Shown piece by piece: positions 47,291 to 60,159 of a stretch of 64,000 nt of DNA. The stretch is from Scyliorhinus canicula. Taxonomy: Eukaryota. The DNA is taken from NCBI RefSeq assembly GCF_902713615.1, contig NC_052149.1, positions 127,103,256 through 127,167,255 of the forward strand, written 5' to 3'. The translations under genes were made by a program, and so were the position numbers. How positions within the stretch are numbered: the stretch's first letter is position 1; each line of letters begins with the position of its first letter. The notes beneath the pieces are model-generated. The model was given only the letters and a program-made list of their open reading frames with translations, searched no databases and was not told where the DNA came from.

Positions 47291-48749
47291 ATTATATTGA
47301 TGATTTGAACTTTGCCAACGTTAATTGGGATGGTGACAGTGTTAAGGGCTCAGATGGAGTGGATTTCTGAAAATGTATACAGGAGAAATTTTTTGGTCAA
47401 TATGTGGAGGGTCCAACAAGGGACAGTGCAGTGCTGGACCTAATTCTGGGGAATGGAGATGGGCAGGTGGTTGAGGTGCTGTTGAGGGAGCATTTTAATG
47501 ATAGCGACCACAACATGGTACAATTTAAGCTTGTTATGAACAAAGATATAGACAAGTTGCAAAAAAAAGGTTTTAGATGGTGAGAGAGGATTTGAGTAAA
47601 ATAAGACAGGATCTGGCCAAGTGAGACTGGGAAGAATTACTTGTGGGGGAATTTACTGAGCAGCAATGGGTGGCATTCAAATAGGAAATGGGGAGGGTAC
47701 AGACCCAACATGTTCCCTCTTGGGTGACAGGAAGGAGTAATACGCCCAGAGAACCATAGGTGAGCAGAGATATTCAGGATATGATCAGAAAGAACAGAGA
47801 GGCGTTTGGCAGGTACAGAGGAGCATAACAGCGCTGGCATTAGTGGGGTACAGAAAGTGTAGGGTGACATTATACAAATGTACAGCATATGAAGAGTCAA
47901 TGTTATGTTAAGCCTAGCCACTATAGGGAGCTAAGGGACAGTACAATAAATGGCATTGGCTTTTAGGTTCAAGAGGAGACTAGATTTGGAGCTGACAAAG
48001 ATAAGGGGCTGGATTCTCCGCAAGATTCATAGAATCATACAGTGCAGAAGGAGGCCATTCGGCCCATCGAGTCTGCACCGGCATTGGAAAGAGCACCCCA
48101 CTTAAGCCCACACCACCACCCTATCCCCGTAACCCAGTGACCCCACCCAAACATTTTGGTCACTAAGGGCAATTTATCATGGCCAATCCACCTAACCTGC
48201 ACATCTTTGAACTGTGGGAGGAAACTGGAGCACCCGGAGGAAACCCACGCAGACATAATGTATTGCAGAGTTAGTTCTCGTTAATTGTTCTCGTTAGTAG
48301 ATAGAGATAGTGTTAGTGAGTGTAGTTTAATTCTTCCATGTATGTTTGCTATTTAGAATAAATGTCAAACTCAAATTTAGTAGTGTTAATAAAATTAGCT
48401 TAGTTCTTCAAAAGAGCTTTGTGTGTCATTGTGATCATTACGCCTTCCATCCTGGAAACACCTCACAAAGATCACCACATGTAGGATGGAGAATCAGAAA
48501 TCAATCAGGACAGCAAAGAGGGGATATGAAAAAGCTCTGGCTGATAAGGTTAGGGAACATCCCAAGATATTCGTCTATTGCCGGAAATGGAGACAGAAAG
48601 GTCAAGGACGGGAAGGGAAGTGTCTGAGATGGACCAAGAACAAACAAAGAAAATTACAGCACAGGAACAGGCCCTTCGGCCCTCCTAGCCTGTGCCGATC
48701 CAGATCCTTTATCTAAACCTGTTGCCTATTTTCCAAGGATCTACTTCCC

Positions 48750-50270
48750 TCTGTCTCTCTGTGAAAGTGATGGAGGGGTGGAAACTGGAAGCGAAGTTGA
48801 TAAATGTTTCCAGGTCCGGACGAGAGCACGATGCGGCACCAAAATAGTCATCAATGTATGGGTAAAGGAGTTGTGGCAGGGGGCCCGGATAGGCCTGGAA
48901 CAAGGAATGTTCCACATACCCCAAGAAAAGGCAAGGGTAGCTAGGAGCCATGCGGGTACCCATTGCTACACCTTTGATTTGGAGAAAGTGAGATGAGTTA
49001 AAGGAGAAGTTGTTGAGAGATAGAACGAGTTCAGCCAGGCGGAGGAGAGTGGTGGTGGATGGGAATTGTTCGGGTCTCTTTTCGAGAGGAAGCAAAGAGC
49101 TCTCAGGCCATCCTGGTGTGGGATGGAGGTGTAGAGGGATTGCACATCCATGGTGAATAGAATGTGGTTAGGGCCCACGAACTGGAAGCTGTCAAGATGA
49201 CGCAGAGCATCAGAGGAATCCCGGATGTAGGTGGGGTGGGAATGGACCAGAGGAGTGAGGATGGAGTCGAGATAAGAGGAATTAAGTTTGGTGGGGCAGT
49301 TCTTTTTGTGGATTTTGGGAAGTAGGTAAAAGCGGGCTGTCCGGGGTTGGGGGACTATGAGGTTGGAAGCCATAGAGGGAAGGCATCCGGAGGAAATTAG
49401 GTCACTAACGGTGTTGGAGATAATGGCTTGATGTTCAGTGGTCTGGTCATGGTCCAGGGGGAGGAAGGGGCTGTTTAGCACACTGGACTAAATCGCTGGC
49501 TTTGAAAGCAGACCAAGACAGGCCAGAAGCACGGTTCGATTCCCGTAACAGCCTCCCCGAACAGGTGCCGGAATGTGGCAACTAGGGGCTTTTCACTGTA
49601 ACTTCATTGAAGCCTACTTGTGACAATAAGCGATTTTCATTTTCATATCTGAGAGTTGGCGCTCAGCCTCTGCGAGGCAGAGGTTAGTGCGCCAAACGAC
49701 AACAGGCAGGTTTGTCGGCAGGTTTGATGACAAAGTTGGACCTGATGGAGTGAAGAGCGGAAAGTTTGGAAGGAGAGTGGTTGGAATAGGTGAGGGGGGC
49801 AGAAAAATTAAGACGGCCAATGTCCCATCGACAGTTCTCAATGAAAAGGTCAAGAACGGGTAATTCTCCCAGCGGGAGGCAGAGTGTTGGAGGCACATGA
49901 CAGGATCTGTAGAACGGGGGGAGGATTCTTGCCCAAAGTAGTGGGCACGGAGAGGAAGGCGACGAAAGAAGAGTTCAACACCATGTCGAGCCTGGAATTA
50001 ATTGAGGTGGGAATGTAAGGGTACAAAGCTGAGTCCTTTGCTGAGAACAGCACGCTCAGCCTCAGAGAGGGGAAGGTCAGAGGGTATGGTGGACACGCGG
50101 CAAGGGCTGAAATGGGGTACGAGGGATTGGGACTGGTGGAGGGCCTGGGATGGGCAGCGGTGTTGATACTGGGAGAAATGGGGTACGAGGGATTGGGACT
50201 GGTGGAGGGTCTGGGATTGGCAGCGGTGTTGATGAGTTGTTGAATTTCTTGTTGATGCGTCGAATGATGA
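48750..50270 (-). mobile_element. Penelope-like element reverse transcriptase fragment, interrupted by a short SINE (about 49480-49645)
   Basis: GVAMGTRMAPSY, YIDDYF, TMDVQSLYTSIPH and FYLLPKIHK motifs. Confidence 0.9.
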
Positions 50271-50455
50271 AATGAAATGAAATGAAAATCGCTTATTGTC
50301 ACGAGTAGGCTTCAATGAAGTTACTGTGAAAAGCCCCTAGTCGCCACATTCCGGCCCCTGTCCGGGGAGGCTGGTACGGGAATCGAACCATGCTGCTGGC
50401 CTGCTTGGTCTGCTTTAAAAGCCAGCGATTTAGCTGAGTGAGCTAAACCAGCCCC
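50270..50455 (-). mobile_element. Short tRNA-derived SINE lacking the V-domain
   Basis: Head AGGGGCTGGTTTAGCTCACTCAGCTAAATCGCTGG, B box GGTTCGATTCCCG, tail TGAAGCCTACTCGTGACAATAAGCG plus (TTTCA)n; a second copy lies at about 49480-49645. Confidence 0.75.
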
Positions 50456-50459
50456 TCAG

Positions 50460-52603
50460 GGCGAAGGATGAAATGAAACTGGGATTTAGGATGTATAGGA
50501 TGGGGAAAGAAACTGCAGGGGATGGGTACAATAGAAATGTGGAGCTTTTTCAAGGAACAGCTACTGCGTGTCCTTGATAAGTATGTACCTGTCAGGCAGG
50601 GAGGAAATTGTCGAGCAAGGGAACCGTGGTTTACTAAGGAAGTTGAAGCACTTGTCAAGAGGAAGAAGAAGGCTTATGTTAGGATGAGACATGAAGGCTC
50701 AGTTAGGGCACTTGAGAATTACAAGTTAGCCAGGAAGGACCTAAAGGGAGAGTTAAGAAGAGCGAGGAGAGGACACGAAAAGTCATTGGCGGATAGGATC
50801 AAGGAAAACCCTAAGGCTTTCTATAGTTATATCAGGAACAAAAGAATGACTAGAGTAAGATTAGGGCCAATCAAGGATAGTAGTGGAAGGTTGTGTGTGG
50901 AATCAGAGGAGATAGGGGAAGCGTTAAATGGATATTTTTCGTCAGTGTTTACACTGGAGAAAGACAATGTTGTCGAGGAGAATACTCGGGTTCAGTCGAC
51001 CAGGCTAGGTGGAATTGAGGTTTACAAGGAGGAGGTGTTAGCAATTTTGGAAAATGTAAAAATAGATAAATCCCCTGGGCCAGATGGGATTTATCCTAGG
51101 ATTCTCTGGGAAGCCAGGGAGCAGATTGCAGAGCCTTTGTCCTTGATCTTTACGTCGTCTTTGTCGACAGGAATAGTGCCGGAAGACTGGAGGATAGCAA
51201 ATGTTGTCCCCTTGTTCAAGAAGGGGAGTAGAGACAACCCTGGTAATTATAGACCTGTGAGCCTTACTTCGGTTGTGGGTAAAATGTTGGAAAAGATAGG
51301 GTTTATAATCATCTTCAAAAGAACAAGTTGATTAGCGATAGTCAACACGGTTTTGTGAAGGGTAGGTCATGCCTCACAAACCTTATTGAGTTTTTTGAGA
51401 AGGTGACCAAACAGGTGGATCAGGGTAAAGCGGTTGATGTGGTGTATATGGATTTCAGTAAGGCGTTTGATAAGGTTCCCCACGGTAGGCTATTGCAGAA
51501 AATAAGGAAGTATGGGATTGAAGGTGATTTAGCGGTTTGGATCAGCAATTGGCTAGCTGAAAGAAGACAGAGGGTGGTGGTTGATGGCAAATGTTCATCC
51601 TGGAGTTCAGTTACTAGTGGTGTACCGCAAGGATCTGTTTTGGGGCCACTGCTGTTTGTCATTTTTATAAATGACCTGGAAGAGGGTGTAGAAGGATGGG
51701 TTAGTAAATTTGCAGATGACACGAAGGTCGGTGGAGTTGTGGATAGTGCTGAAGGATGTTACAGGATACAGAGGGCCATAGATAAGCTGCAGAGCTGGGC
51801 TGAGAGGTGGCAGATGGAGTTTAATGCGGAAAAGTGTGAGGTGGTTCACTTTGGAAGGAGTAACAGGAATGCAGAATACTGGGCTAATGGCAAGATTCTT
51901 GGTCGTGTAGATGAAGAGAGAGATCTCGGCATCCAGGTACATAAATCCCTGAAAGTTGCCACCCAGGTTAATAGGGCTGTTAAGAAGGCATATGGTGTGC
52001 TAGCCTTTATCAGTAGGGGGATTGAGTTTCGGAGCCACAAGGTCATGCTGCAGCTGTACATAACTCTGGTGCGGCCGCTCCTGGAGTACTGCGTGCAGTT
52101 CTGGTCACCACATTATAGGAAGGATGTGGAAGCTTTGGAAAGGGTTCAGAGGAGATTTACTAGGATGTTGCCTAGTATGGAGGGAAGGTCTTATGAGGAA
52201 AGGCTCAGGGACTTGAGGTTGTTTTCGTTAGAGAGGAGAAGGCTGAGAGGTGACTTAATAGAGACATATAAGATAGTCAGAGGGTTAGATAGGGTGGACA
52301 GTGAGAGTCTCTTTCCTCGGATGGTGATGACCAACACGAGGGAACATAGCTTTAAATTGAGGGGTGGTGGATATAGGACAGATGTCAGAGGCAGTTTCTT
52401 TACTCAGAGAGTAGTAGGGGTGTGGAACGCCCTGCCTGCAACAGTAGTAGACTCGCCAACTTTAAGGGCATTTAAGTGGTCACTGGATAGAAGTATGGAT
52501 GAAAATGGAATAGTGTAGGTCAGATAGGCTTTAGATGGTTTCACAGGTCGGCGCAACATCGAGGGCCGAAGGGCCCGTACTGCGCTGTAATGCTCTATGT
52601 TCT
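50460..52603 (+). mobile_element. 5'-truncated CR1-clade LINE (HER1-like) with nearly intact ORF2 RT region
   Basis: ORFs 50522-51331 and 51328-52518 (one frameshift): NYRPVSLTSVVGK, GVPQGSVLGP, KFADDTK; 3' tail ...CTGTAATGCTCTATGTTCTA. Confidence 0.95.
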
Positions 52604-52744
52604 AGAAGTGGCAGTGAGTTAAACACTGGATAAAAGCAAATTACTGCGGATGCTGGAATCTGAAACCATAGAGAAAATGCTGGAAAATCTCAGCAGGTCT
52701 GGCAGCATCTGTAGGGAGAGAAAAGAGTGAATATTTCGAGTCCA

Positions 52745-54810
52745 GATGACCCATCTCCCATCATGACGCAACGGGGTCCTTCCAGGTGCCCGGGCAGGAC
52801 CTGTCCAGGATTCCACAGAGCTCGATGCAAAGGTGCATCCACTCCATCATGGAGGCCCTATTTGCCCAGTTGGCACAATACATCTATCATAATATACACC
52901 AGTATATCATGGTGCAGACACACACTGATGGACACACACAGGGACCAATCAACATGTACAAACACCGCAGCCAATCACCAGCTAGAATACACACACTATA
53001 AAGGCAGAGGGCACCACGGTTCCCGCTCATTCTGGGTGCTGCCTCTCAGTGTAACAAGAACTCATCCAGCCCAGCACGGACTCCCACCACGTGCTGAGAG
53101 AATCAACTGGTTCGGACAAGGCTTAGGTCTCTAGTTTAAGTTAGCATCATTTAGACCCACAGTCATCGTGTGTTAGTTAGTTAGAAATAGTTAATAAAAT
53201 TGAGTTGAAGCTTCATCAGTGTTGGAAGTGTCTGTTCATCTCTAAAGTCTACACTAGCCAATACTTCAACATCCACTTCAATGTGGACCGAGCCCAGCAG
53301 GATGTCCCCCTACTGCCCGATCTTCACACTCAGTGAACATGCAGCTGATATGTGACCATCAGCTGCACATCATGCATGTCTTCACCCAATACGTGGGCAG
53401 TGTGCATGACGCCTTCATCTGGCACACTCGATGATTCCCAGCCTCTTCGACACGTCCCCCCGGGTGAGGGGTTGGCTCCTGGGTGACAGGGGTTATCCAC
53501 TGCAGTCGTGGCTGATGACGCATATCCGGAGGCCACAGAGCAACGCAGAGACCTGCTACAACGACGCCCATGTAGCGACCAGGGACGTCATTGAGCAGTG
53601 CTTCGGCATTCTTTTGATATGGTTCAGATGCCTGGACCACTCTGGAGAGGCCCTCCAGTAAGATGCTGAGAGGGTCGCCCACATCAAGGCGGGCCTGCTG
53701 CGTCCTCCACAACATCACCCTGCAAGGGGGCCAAGTGCTGAGGATGAACACCAGGCCTCCTCCGACGAGAAGGAGGATGTGAGGGAGAGTGAGATCGGCA
53801 GGACATTGGGCCCGGGGAGGCACAGGAGGCCGCACGACATATGCACAAGGACCAACATACACCCATTGACTGTGCCACAACCTTGTGGGCCTGTGTCACA
53901 TAATAGTAATGTTGTCACAAGTGGGCTTACATCAACACTGCAATGAAGTTACTGTGAAAAGCCCCGAGTCGCCACATTTCAGCACCTGTTCGGGTACACA
54001 GAGGGAGAATTCAGAATTCAGAATGTCCAAATTACCTAACAGCACGTCTTTCAGGACAAGTGGGAGGAAACCGGAGCACCCGGAGGAAACCCACTCAGAC
54101 ACAGGGAGAACATGCAGTCTCCGCATAGGCAATGACCCAAGCAGGAATCAAACCTGGGACCCTGGTGCCTTGAACCCACAGTGCTAACCACTGTGCTACC
54201 ATGCTGCCATACAGTCACATCAGCCAGCAACTTTGCCATCTCCCTCTATGTCTGGGCCATGTCGGCCAGTGCCTGGGCAATGCCGTCGACACTCCGAGCC
54301 ATGGCCTGCTGTAACTGGGCCACGCTCAGGAGCATCGCTGTAATGTCCAGCTGTGTCAAACGCATTGCTGCCTGTGAGGGGGAAGCCCTGTCCTGAGCCT
54401 TGGCCAGCACCCGCACAGAGTGCCCCAGGTCTTGGACATGCTGATCCAGGGCCGAAACCCTCACCCCCAAGGCTTCCACTACAGACGCCACCAGTGCAGT
54501 GTTGTCCTGGGTGGCCCCATGGTTGGCACCACCTCCTCATCTTGCTCATGGTTAGACTCCTCCTGCACCTGCAGGTAATGGATGCTCGCCGACAACTCCT
54601 CATGTAATCCCTGGCTCTGCGACTGCATCTCCACTTTCGATGGAACTGTCCATTCCAGAAGGCCGAAACCCGTCTGGACAGAAGCTAATCCCTGGGGCCG
54701 GCCTGCCATCTGACCATTCGCCCCCTCGGGAGTTCTTACCTCCACCTGCTGTGTCGGAGCATGTGAATGGTGCGCACCAGAGAGTGTCCCAGAAGCTTCT
54801 TCACTTAAGT
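52745..54810. mobile_element. PIF/Harbinger remnant C (transposase fragment on +, Myb ORF fragment on -) containing a solo LTR and a V-SINE (about 53885-54205)
   Basis: GWLLGDRGYPL and ETCYNDAHVATRDVIEQCFG motifs. Confidence 0.75.
52885..53268 (+). mobile_element. Solo LTR (384 bp)
   Basis: T(A)TCATAAT...CTTCA, 5-bp TSD ACATC; related to the solo LTR at 41810. Confidence 0.75.
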
Positions 54811-55789
54811 GCCTGTTGGAGGGAATGAAAGCTCAGAGTCTGTTCTCCACCGCGTGGAGTTGTAAAAGTTGCATTTATTCGGAACTGTTATGTGCACACA
54901 GAGAAACAAGTTCTGCTGATATCCTTAGCTCGCAAAAGTCAGCTCTGGTCATAGTCAGAATTACACGTATATATATTTAAGGTTCTTTCAGATTTTCAAG
55001 TCGGCATTGACTTCATCAATTCATTTCGAACAATACAAGGTGATCAGTATGCATATTTTCTGGTCCCTTTAATGGGACAACAATCAGCTAATACAATGCT
55101 TCTTTACAATCTCCTGGATTCTGTTCAACATATTTCCTTTCCCCTGAACTTTTGGATGGGGTGTTAATGTGTTTTTAGTAAGAAGTCTTACAACAACAGG
55201 TTAAGGTCCAACAGGTTTGTTTCAAATCACTAGCTTTCAGAACACTGCTCCTTCCTCAGGTGAATGAAAGGTATGTTCCAGAAACATATATATTGGCAAA
55301 GTAAAGATGCCAGGCAATGCTTTCAATGCGAGCATTTGCAGGTAATTAAGTCTTTGCGAGTTTGACATAACGGTGATACACACCGTCGGTAAGTCTGCCC
55401 ATCAGGGGCGAAGCATCAGGGGAGGGCCTTCAAGTGCCATCCTGAGGCCGTCCGAACGCCGTGCGGCATACTTACCAATGTCGCCGTTTTGGAGGGGGTG
55501 GAGCATCCGAAATCAGGCGTTGTCCCTGATTTCGGCGTCAAAGGGATTCTTCGAGCAATCACCGAATGCAATTTCGGCATCGGTAATCGGAGAATCCCGC
55601 CCTTATCTCACGGGAACGGAGAATCCGGCCACTGAAGTCTCCAGGTTTCAGTCAGCGAGGTTCCAGATGCAGGGGAATTCCCATCGGAAGTTAAACTTCC
55701 CGGGGAATTCCCATGTAGTTAGTGTGAAGGGAGTTCCGAGGGATCCCACAGAACATCTTGGCAGGTAGCTAGGGGCATGACCACCCAGA

Positions 55790-56700
55790 GAGCGGAGGTC
55801 AATCGCTCAGGCAAAACAAAGATTGGACAAAGGAGTGGACAATAAGGACAGTGTGAGAGGGGGAATGTGAGACAGAGAGATGGAGAGGTTCAGGGAGGGA
55901 ATTCCAGAGCTTGGGGCCCAGGCAGCTGAAGGCACAGCCACCAATGGGGGAGCGATTCTGATCAGGAATGTACAAGAGGCCACAATTAGAGGAGCGCAGA
56001 TATCTCGGAGGGTTGTGGGGCTGGAGGAGATTCCAGAGATAGGGAGGGACGAGGACATGGAGGGATTGGAAAACAAGGATGAGAATTTTAAAATCAAGAC
56101 ATTGCTTGACTTGGAGCCAATGTGGGTCAGTGAGCACAGGGGGTGATAGGGGAACGGGACTTGGTGAGAGTTCAGACTGGGACAGCAGAGTTTTGGATGA
56201 GCTCATGTTTCCGGAGGGTAGGATGTGGGAGGGCAGCCAGGACTTATTGGAATAGTCACGTCCAGAGGTAACGGAGACATAGATGAGGGTTTCGGCAGCA
56301 GATGAGCTGAGAGAAGGAGGTGGGTCTCATGGACAAGTTGAGCTCAGAAAGGACATGAGGGGAGATAGGAGAGAAACTAGAGAAAGATGTGAGTTCAGGG
56401 CCCGGGCAGGGGAGAGAATTGGAGGAAGTTTGTCCAGACGGCCTAGTGGAAGGGAGGGACGTGGCCGAGGCAGCTGATTGGATCGTCTCAATCTTAGTGA
56501 CAAAGACGTCAATGAGCTCCTCCCACTTGTTGTTGGAGGTGAGGGTGGAGGGGACAGGGGAGAGGGGTTTAAGAAGATGGTCTGCAGTTGAGAAAAGAAG
56601 CCGGGATTATCTTTACATTCCAGGATGATCCTGGAATAGTGAACAGTTTTAGCAGATGGGAGTAGGAGCCGGGAATGTTTGAAGTGGTCCAGCCGGATCT
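55790..56700 (-). mobile_element. L2-clade LINE 3' fragment
   Basis: HWLQVKQCLDFKIL...PPYL...RYLRSS...GGCAFSCLGPKLWNSLP motif. Confidence 0.85.
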
Positions 56701-56891
56701 GACAGTGGATGGATAAACCAGTTCTCCACCACATCCTTTCAAGTCTGCGTCACTTGGATTAAGTGAGTGGATATGAGGCCGTAGCAGGGGGAACAGTCAG
56801 GGTGAGAGAGAGGAATGGTTTTATTGGGGACTCGGATATCAAACGTGGAGGCGAGGGTGAGGTTGAGTAAATCAGTCGCTGCAGTAAATCA

Positions 56892-57125
56892 GGGGCAGCA
56901 CGGTAGCATGGTGGTAGCACAGTTGCTTCACAGCTCCAGGGTCCCAGGTTCGATTCCCGGCTTGGTTCACTGTCTGTGCGGAGTCTGCACATTCTCCCCG
57001 TGTGTGCGTGGGTTGCCTCCGTGTGCTCCGGTTTCCTCCCACAGTCCAAAGATGTGCAGGTTAGGTGGATTGGCCATGATAAATTGCCCTTAGTGTTCAA
57101 AATTGCCCTTAGTGTTGGGTTGAGA
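56892..57125 (+). mobile_element. V-SINE
   Basis: GGGGCAGCACGGTAGCATGGTGG head and V-domain. Confidence 0.85.
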
Positions 57126-57691
57126 ATTAGAGGAAGTTTGTCCAGACGGGCTAGTGGAAGGGAGGGATTCCAGATAAAACTGATCATTTTTAAATGATTG
57201 ATAAATATCTTTGAATCCAATCTTCTGCTGATATGTCATTGATTGACAGGCCAACCGCCAATCATGACAATCACTTGCTGAAATGCAGCCAATCAGCTGA
57301 TGGGGAGGAGGGACATTTCCAAAGCACACACAAGACACAGACTGAATATTCTTAATGTTTATTACCTTTTACAGATTTACATTGCCAGAAAAAAGACTTC
57401 AATAAACAGCCCAGCCAGAGGAAGCTGGAGAAATTCACAGGGAGAATGGAGGTTTTTTCTCATGTCTCATTGAAAAGTGACTGAACCTTAAATTGTAACT
57501 GCAGGGTGAGCAGGAAGGAGGTCTGGTTTCCTGAAGCAGAAACTTCAGGGGTCACGTTATTTTGGTACAGCTGGCAGACTTCAGCATCTTAGAGAGGTTT
57601 TACTTGGAATCACGAGTCTGCACTGTCCCATCAAACTCTCCCAGGGCAGGTACAGCACGGGGTTAGTTACAGAGTAAATATCCCTCTACAC

Positions 57692-58056
57692 CAGGGGTGG
57701 GCAATCTTTTCCGTGCAAGGGCCACATTCAGAAATTCACAATTTTAAAGGGCCGCATAGTATATTAAGTAAAATAATTAATATTTAAAATAATATAGTAC
57801 AGCACAGAACAGGCCCTTCGGCCTTCGATGTTGTGCCGAGCAATGATCCCCCTACTCAAGTCAACATATCCACCCTATACCAGTAACCCAACAGCCCCCC
57901 CGCCTCCGCCTCCCACCCCCCCCCCCCTCCTCTCCCCCCACCCCCCCCCCCCCCCCCCCCAATTAACCTTTTTTTTTATGACTTGATCTTGGTGGGCCGC
58001 ATAAAGACCTTTGGCGGGCCGCATGCGGCCCGCGGTCCTTAGTTTGCCCACCCCTG
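57692..58056. mobile_element. hAT (Charlie/Buster-like) MITE in the 3' UTR of cluster 2 C, with a nested SINE tail (about 57794-57895)
   Basis: TIR CAGGGGTGGGCAA at both ends; perfect 8-bp TSD CTCTACAC (57684-57691, 58057-58064). Confidence 0.92.
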
Positions 58057-58225
58057 CTCTACACTATCCCAAAACAGGCCTTAACCCCTGACCCTCAGAC
58101 GTGTCTCAGACCCACTCCCGAGAAGGAAGAGAGTTGTAATTCAGTGCTGACAATGACCTTTGCCCTCCCAGCTCACCCCTGTTCTATTTAAAGTTGTGTC
58201 TCCTCTGTGGACTGTCTCTAACACT

Positions 58226-58554
58226 CTACGCACATTCTGATCTCCTGATGCTCTTGCTGAGGGCAGAGGAGAGGCTCACGTGGGTGAGGGCACAGGAGAA
58301 GCTGGCGTTGGACTCCCAGGCAGAGCCAGAGAGGGTCAGCAGGCTGCTGACACTGTAGGTGTTGTCCGAAGCTCGCAGGTAGTTGCTGGTCTGAACCCCG
58401 TCCGAAATGGCTGCACCATCCTTCTTCCACTCCACCACCAGCTCATCGGGATAGAAGTGATTGGCAAGGCACACCAGGGTGGCAGTGCCCTTGGTCTTGA
58501 CCTCCTCCGGGGAGGGGGGCAGCAGGGTGAGTGTGGGTTGTGAATTCTCATGGC
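58226..58554 (-). CDS. IGKC: Ig kappa constant exon, cluster 2 (inverted)
   Basis: TTTCAG acceptor; (S)HENSQPTLTLLPPSPEEVKTKG...RSECA-stop; 5 nt differences from the cluster 1 C exon. Confidence 0.97.
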
Positions 58555-58614
58555 CTGAAAGAGAAGAGAAGAAATTTTATTTGCTGCCATGGTAAAGGAT
58601 TTAATCTTTCCAAA

Positions 58615-58920
58615 TACGGTAGCACCGTGGTTAGCACTGTTGCTTCACAGCACCAGGTTCTCCGGTTCGATTCCTGGTTTGGGTCACTATCAGGGCAGCG
58701 TCTGTACGTTCTCCCTGTGTGTGCGTGGGTTCCTCCAGGCACTCCAGTTTCCTCCCACACGTCCAGAAAAACATGCTGTTAGGTGAATGCGACATTCTGA
58801 ATTCTCCCTCTGTGTACCCAAACAGGCGCCGGAGTGTGGCAACTAGGGGCTTTTCACAGTGTTTTCATTGTAGTGTTAATGTAAGCCTACTTGTGACACT
58901 AAGAAAGATTATTATTATTA
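58615..58920 (+). mobile_element. V-SINE inserted about 60 bp upstream of the cluster 2 C acceptor
   Basis: Absent at the equivalent position of cluster 1; has head, V-domain and (ATT)n tail. Confidence 0.85.
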
Positions 58921-60159
58921 TTAACAGGGATCAAGTCAGTGTCTAGATGTTGCAGAATTCAGACAATCCATTTTGAGCAACCTTTCTCACCAGTACGAAA
59001 CAATACCAACAAGTGAACGGACAGTTTTGGACAGTTTTGTGGATTGAATCTGGGCAGGTGGAAGGTGTATCAATGAGAGAGTATTTGGGTAATAGTGATC
59101 ATAATTCAATTAGATTTAGATTAGTTATGGAAAAGGGTAAAGATAGACCAAGAGTAAAAGTTTCAAATTGGGGAAACGCCAGTTTTACTAAACTGAGACT
59201 TGCCAAGATGGTCAGGAAACAGCGACTTGATGGTAAAACAGTGTCAGAGCAGGGGGAGGATATTCAAGCTGGAGACAGAGCGAGTTCAGAACAAATATGT
59301 TCACACAAAGCAATAGTGAGGGACATTGTGACAGGATAACTAATGAATCTTTGAAAGTGGAGATACCCCCAGGCCCGGGTGAAATGTGTCCCAGGCTGCT
59401 TAGGGAAGAAATAGCGGAGGCTCTGACCATTATTTTCCAATAGTTTCTGAATATAGGCGCGGTGTCATTGGACTGGAAGACTGATCATGTTGTACCATTG
59501 TTTACCAAGGGGTGAAGGGAGAGGCTGAGGGAGTGATTTACTGGCTGCGCTGGAATCGGGATGGGACAGGGCATGGCTGGTAGATCCCAGGAGAGGCCTC
59601 TTCCAGGATCCTCACTTCACTTTGCTGATACCGGATCGAACCGGCACCCGACACCTACTGGCCTCGCGAGGGTACCCTAGCCGGGTGCCGTTTAGCACTG
59701 CTCCCACAAATGAGGACCAGGCCCAAAGGCACTTGAGGCGGTCTCCAAGGCGATCGGAGACCTCCGGGTGGTCAGCCTCTGGGCAGGGTGGCACCCTGGC
59801 ACTGATGATGTCACCCAGGCACCTTGGCACTGCCAGTCTGTTACCCGGGCTCTGCAAAGATGCCCAGATGGCACTGCCAGGCTGGCAGGGAAACAGCCAG
59901 AATGTCGGCTGGCAGCACCACGGCGTCAAACTGGAGTTTTCGTGTACTAGCCTGGGGTCTTCCCTGCCCATATAAGGTGGGTTATGGGCAGAGCTAAAGG
60001 ACCCCACAACAGGTGATTTGGGGCATGGCGGGGGGGTCCAGACGTTGGGGGGGGGGGGGGGTGTCAGTATATTGGGGTGCCATTTTTCTCTTTGTGCTGT
60101 GAATCTCCTCAGTGCAGGAAATGCCGGGGCACAAAAACAGAGTGCGTTCGATAGGGGGG

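Noticed and set aside
50110-50235. 66-bp in-frame duplication in the Penelope fragment
   Set aside because: A local tandem duplication in a decayed element with no sign of function.
1300-58920. tRNA genes
   Set aside because: All A/B-box matches are SINE heads followed by SINE bodies; none looks like a complete tRNA.
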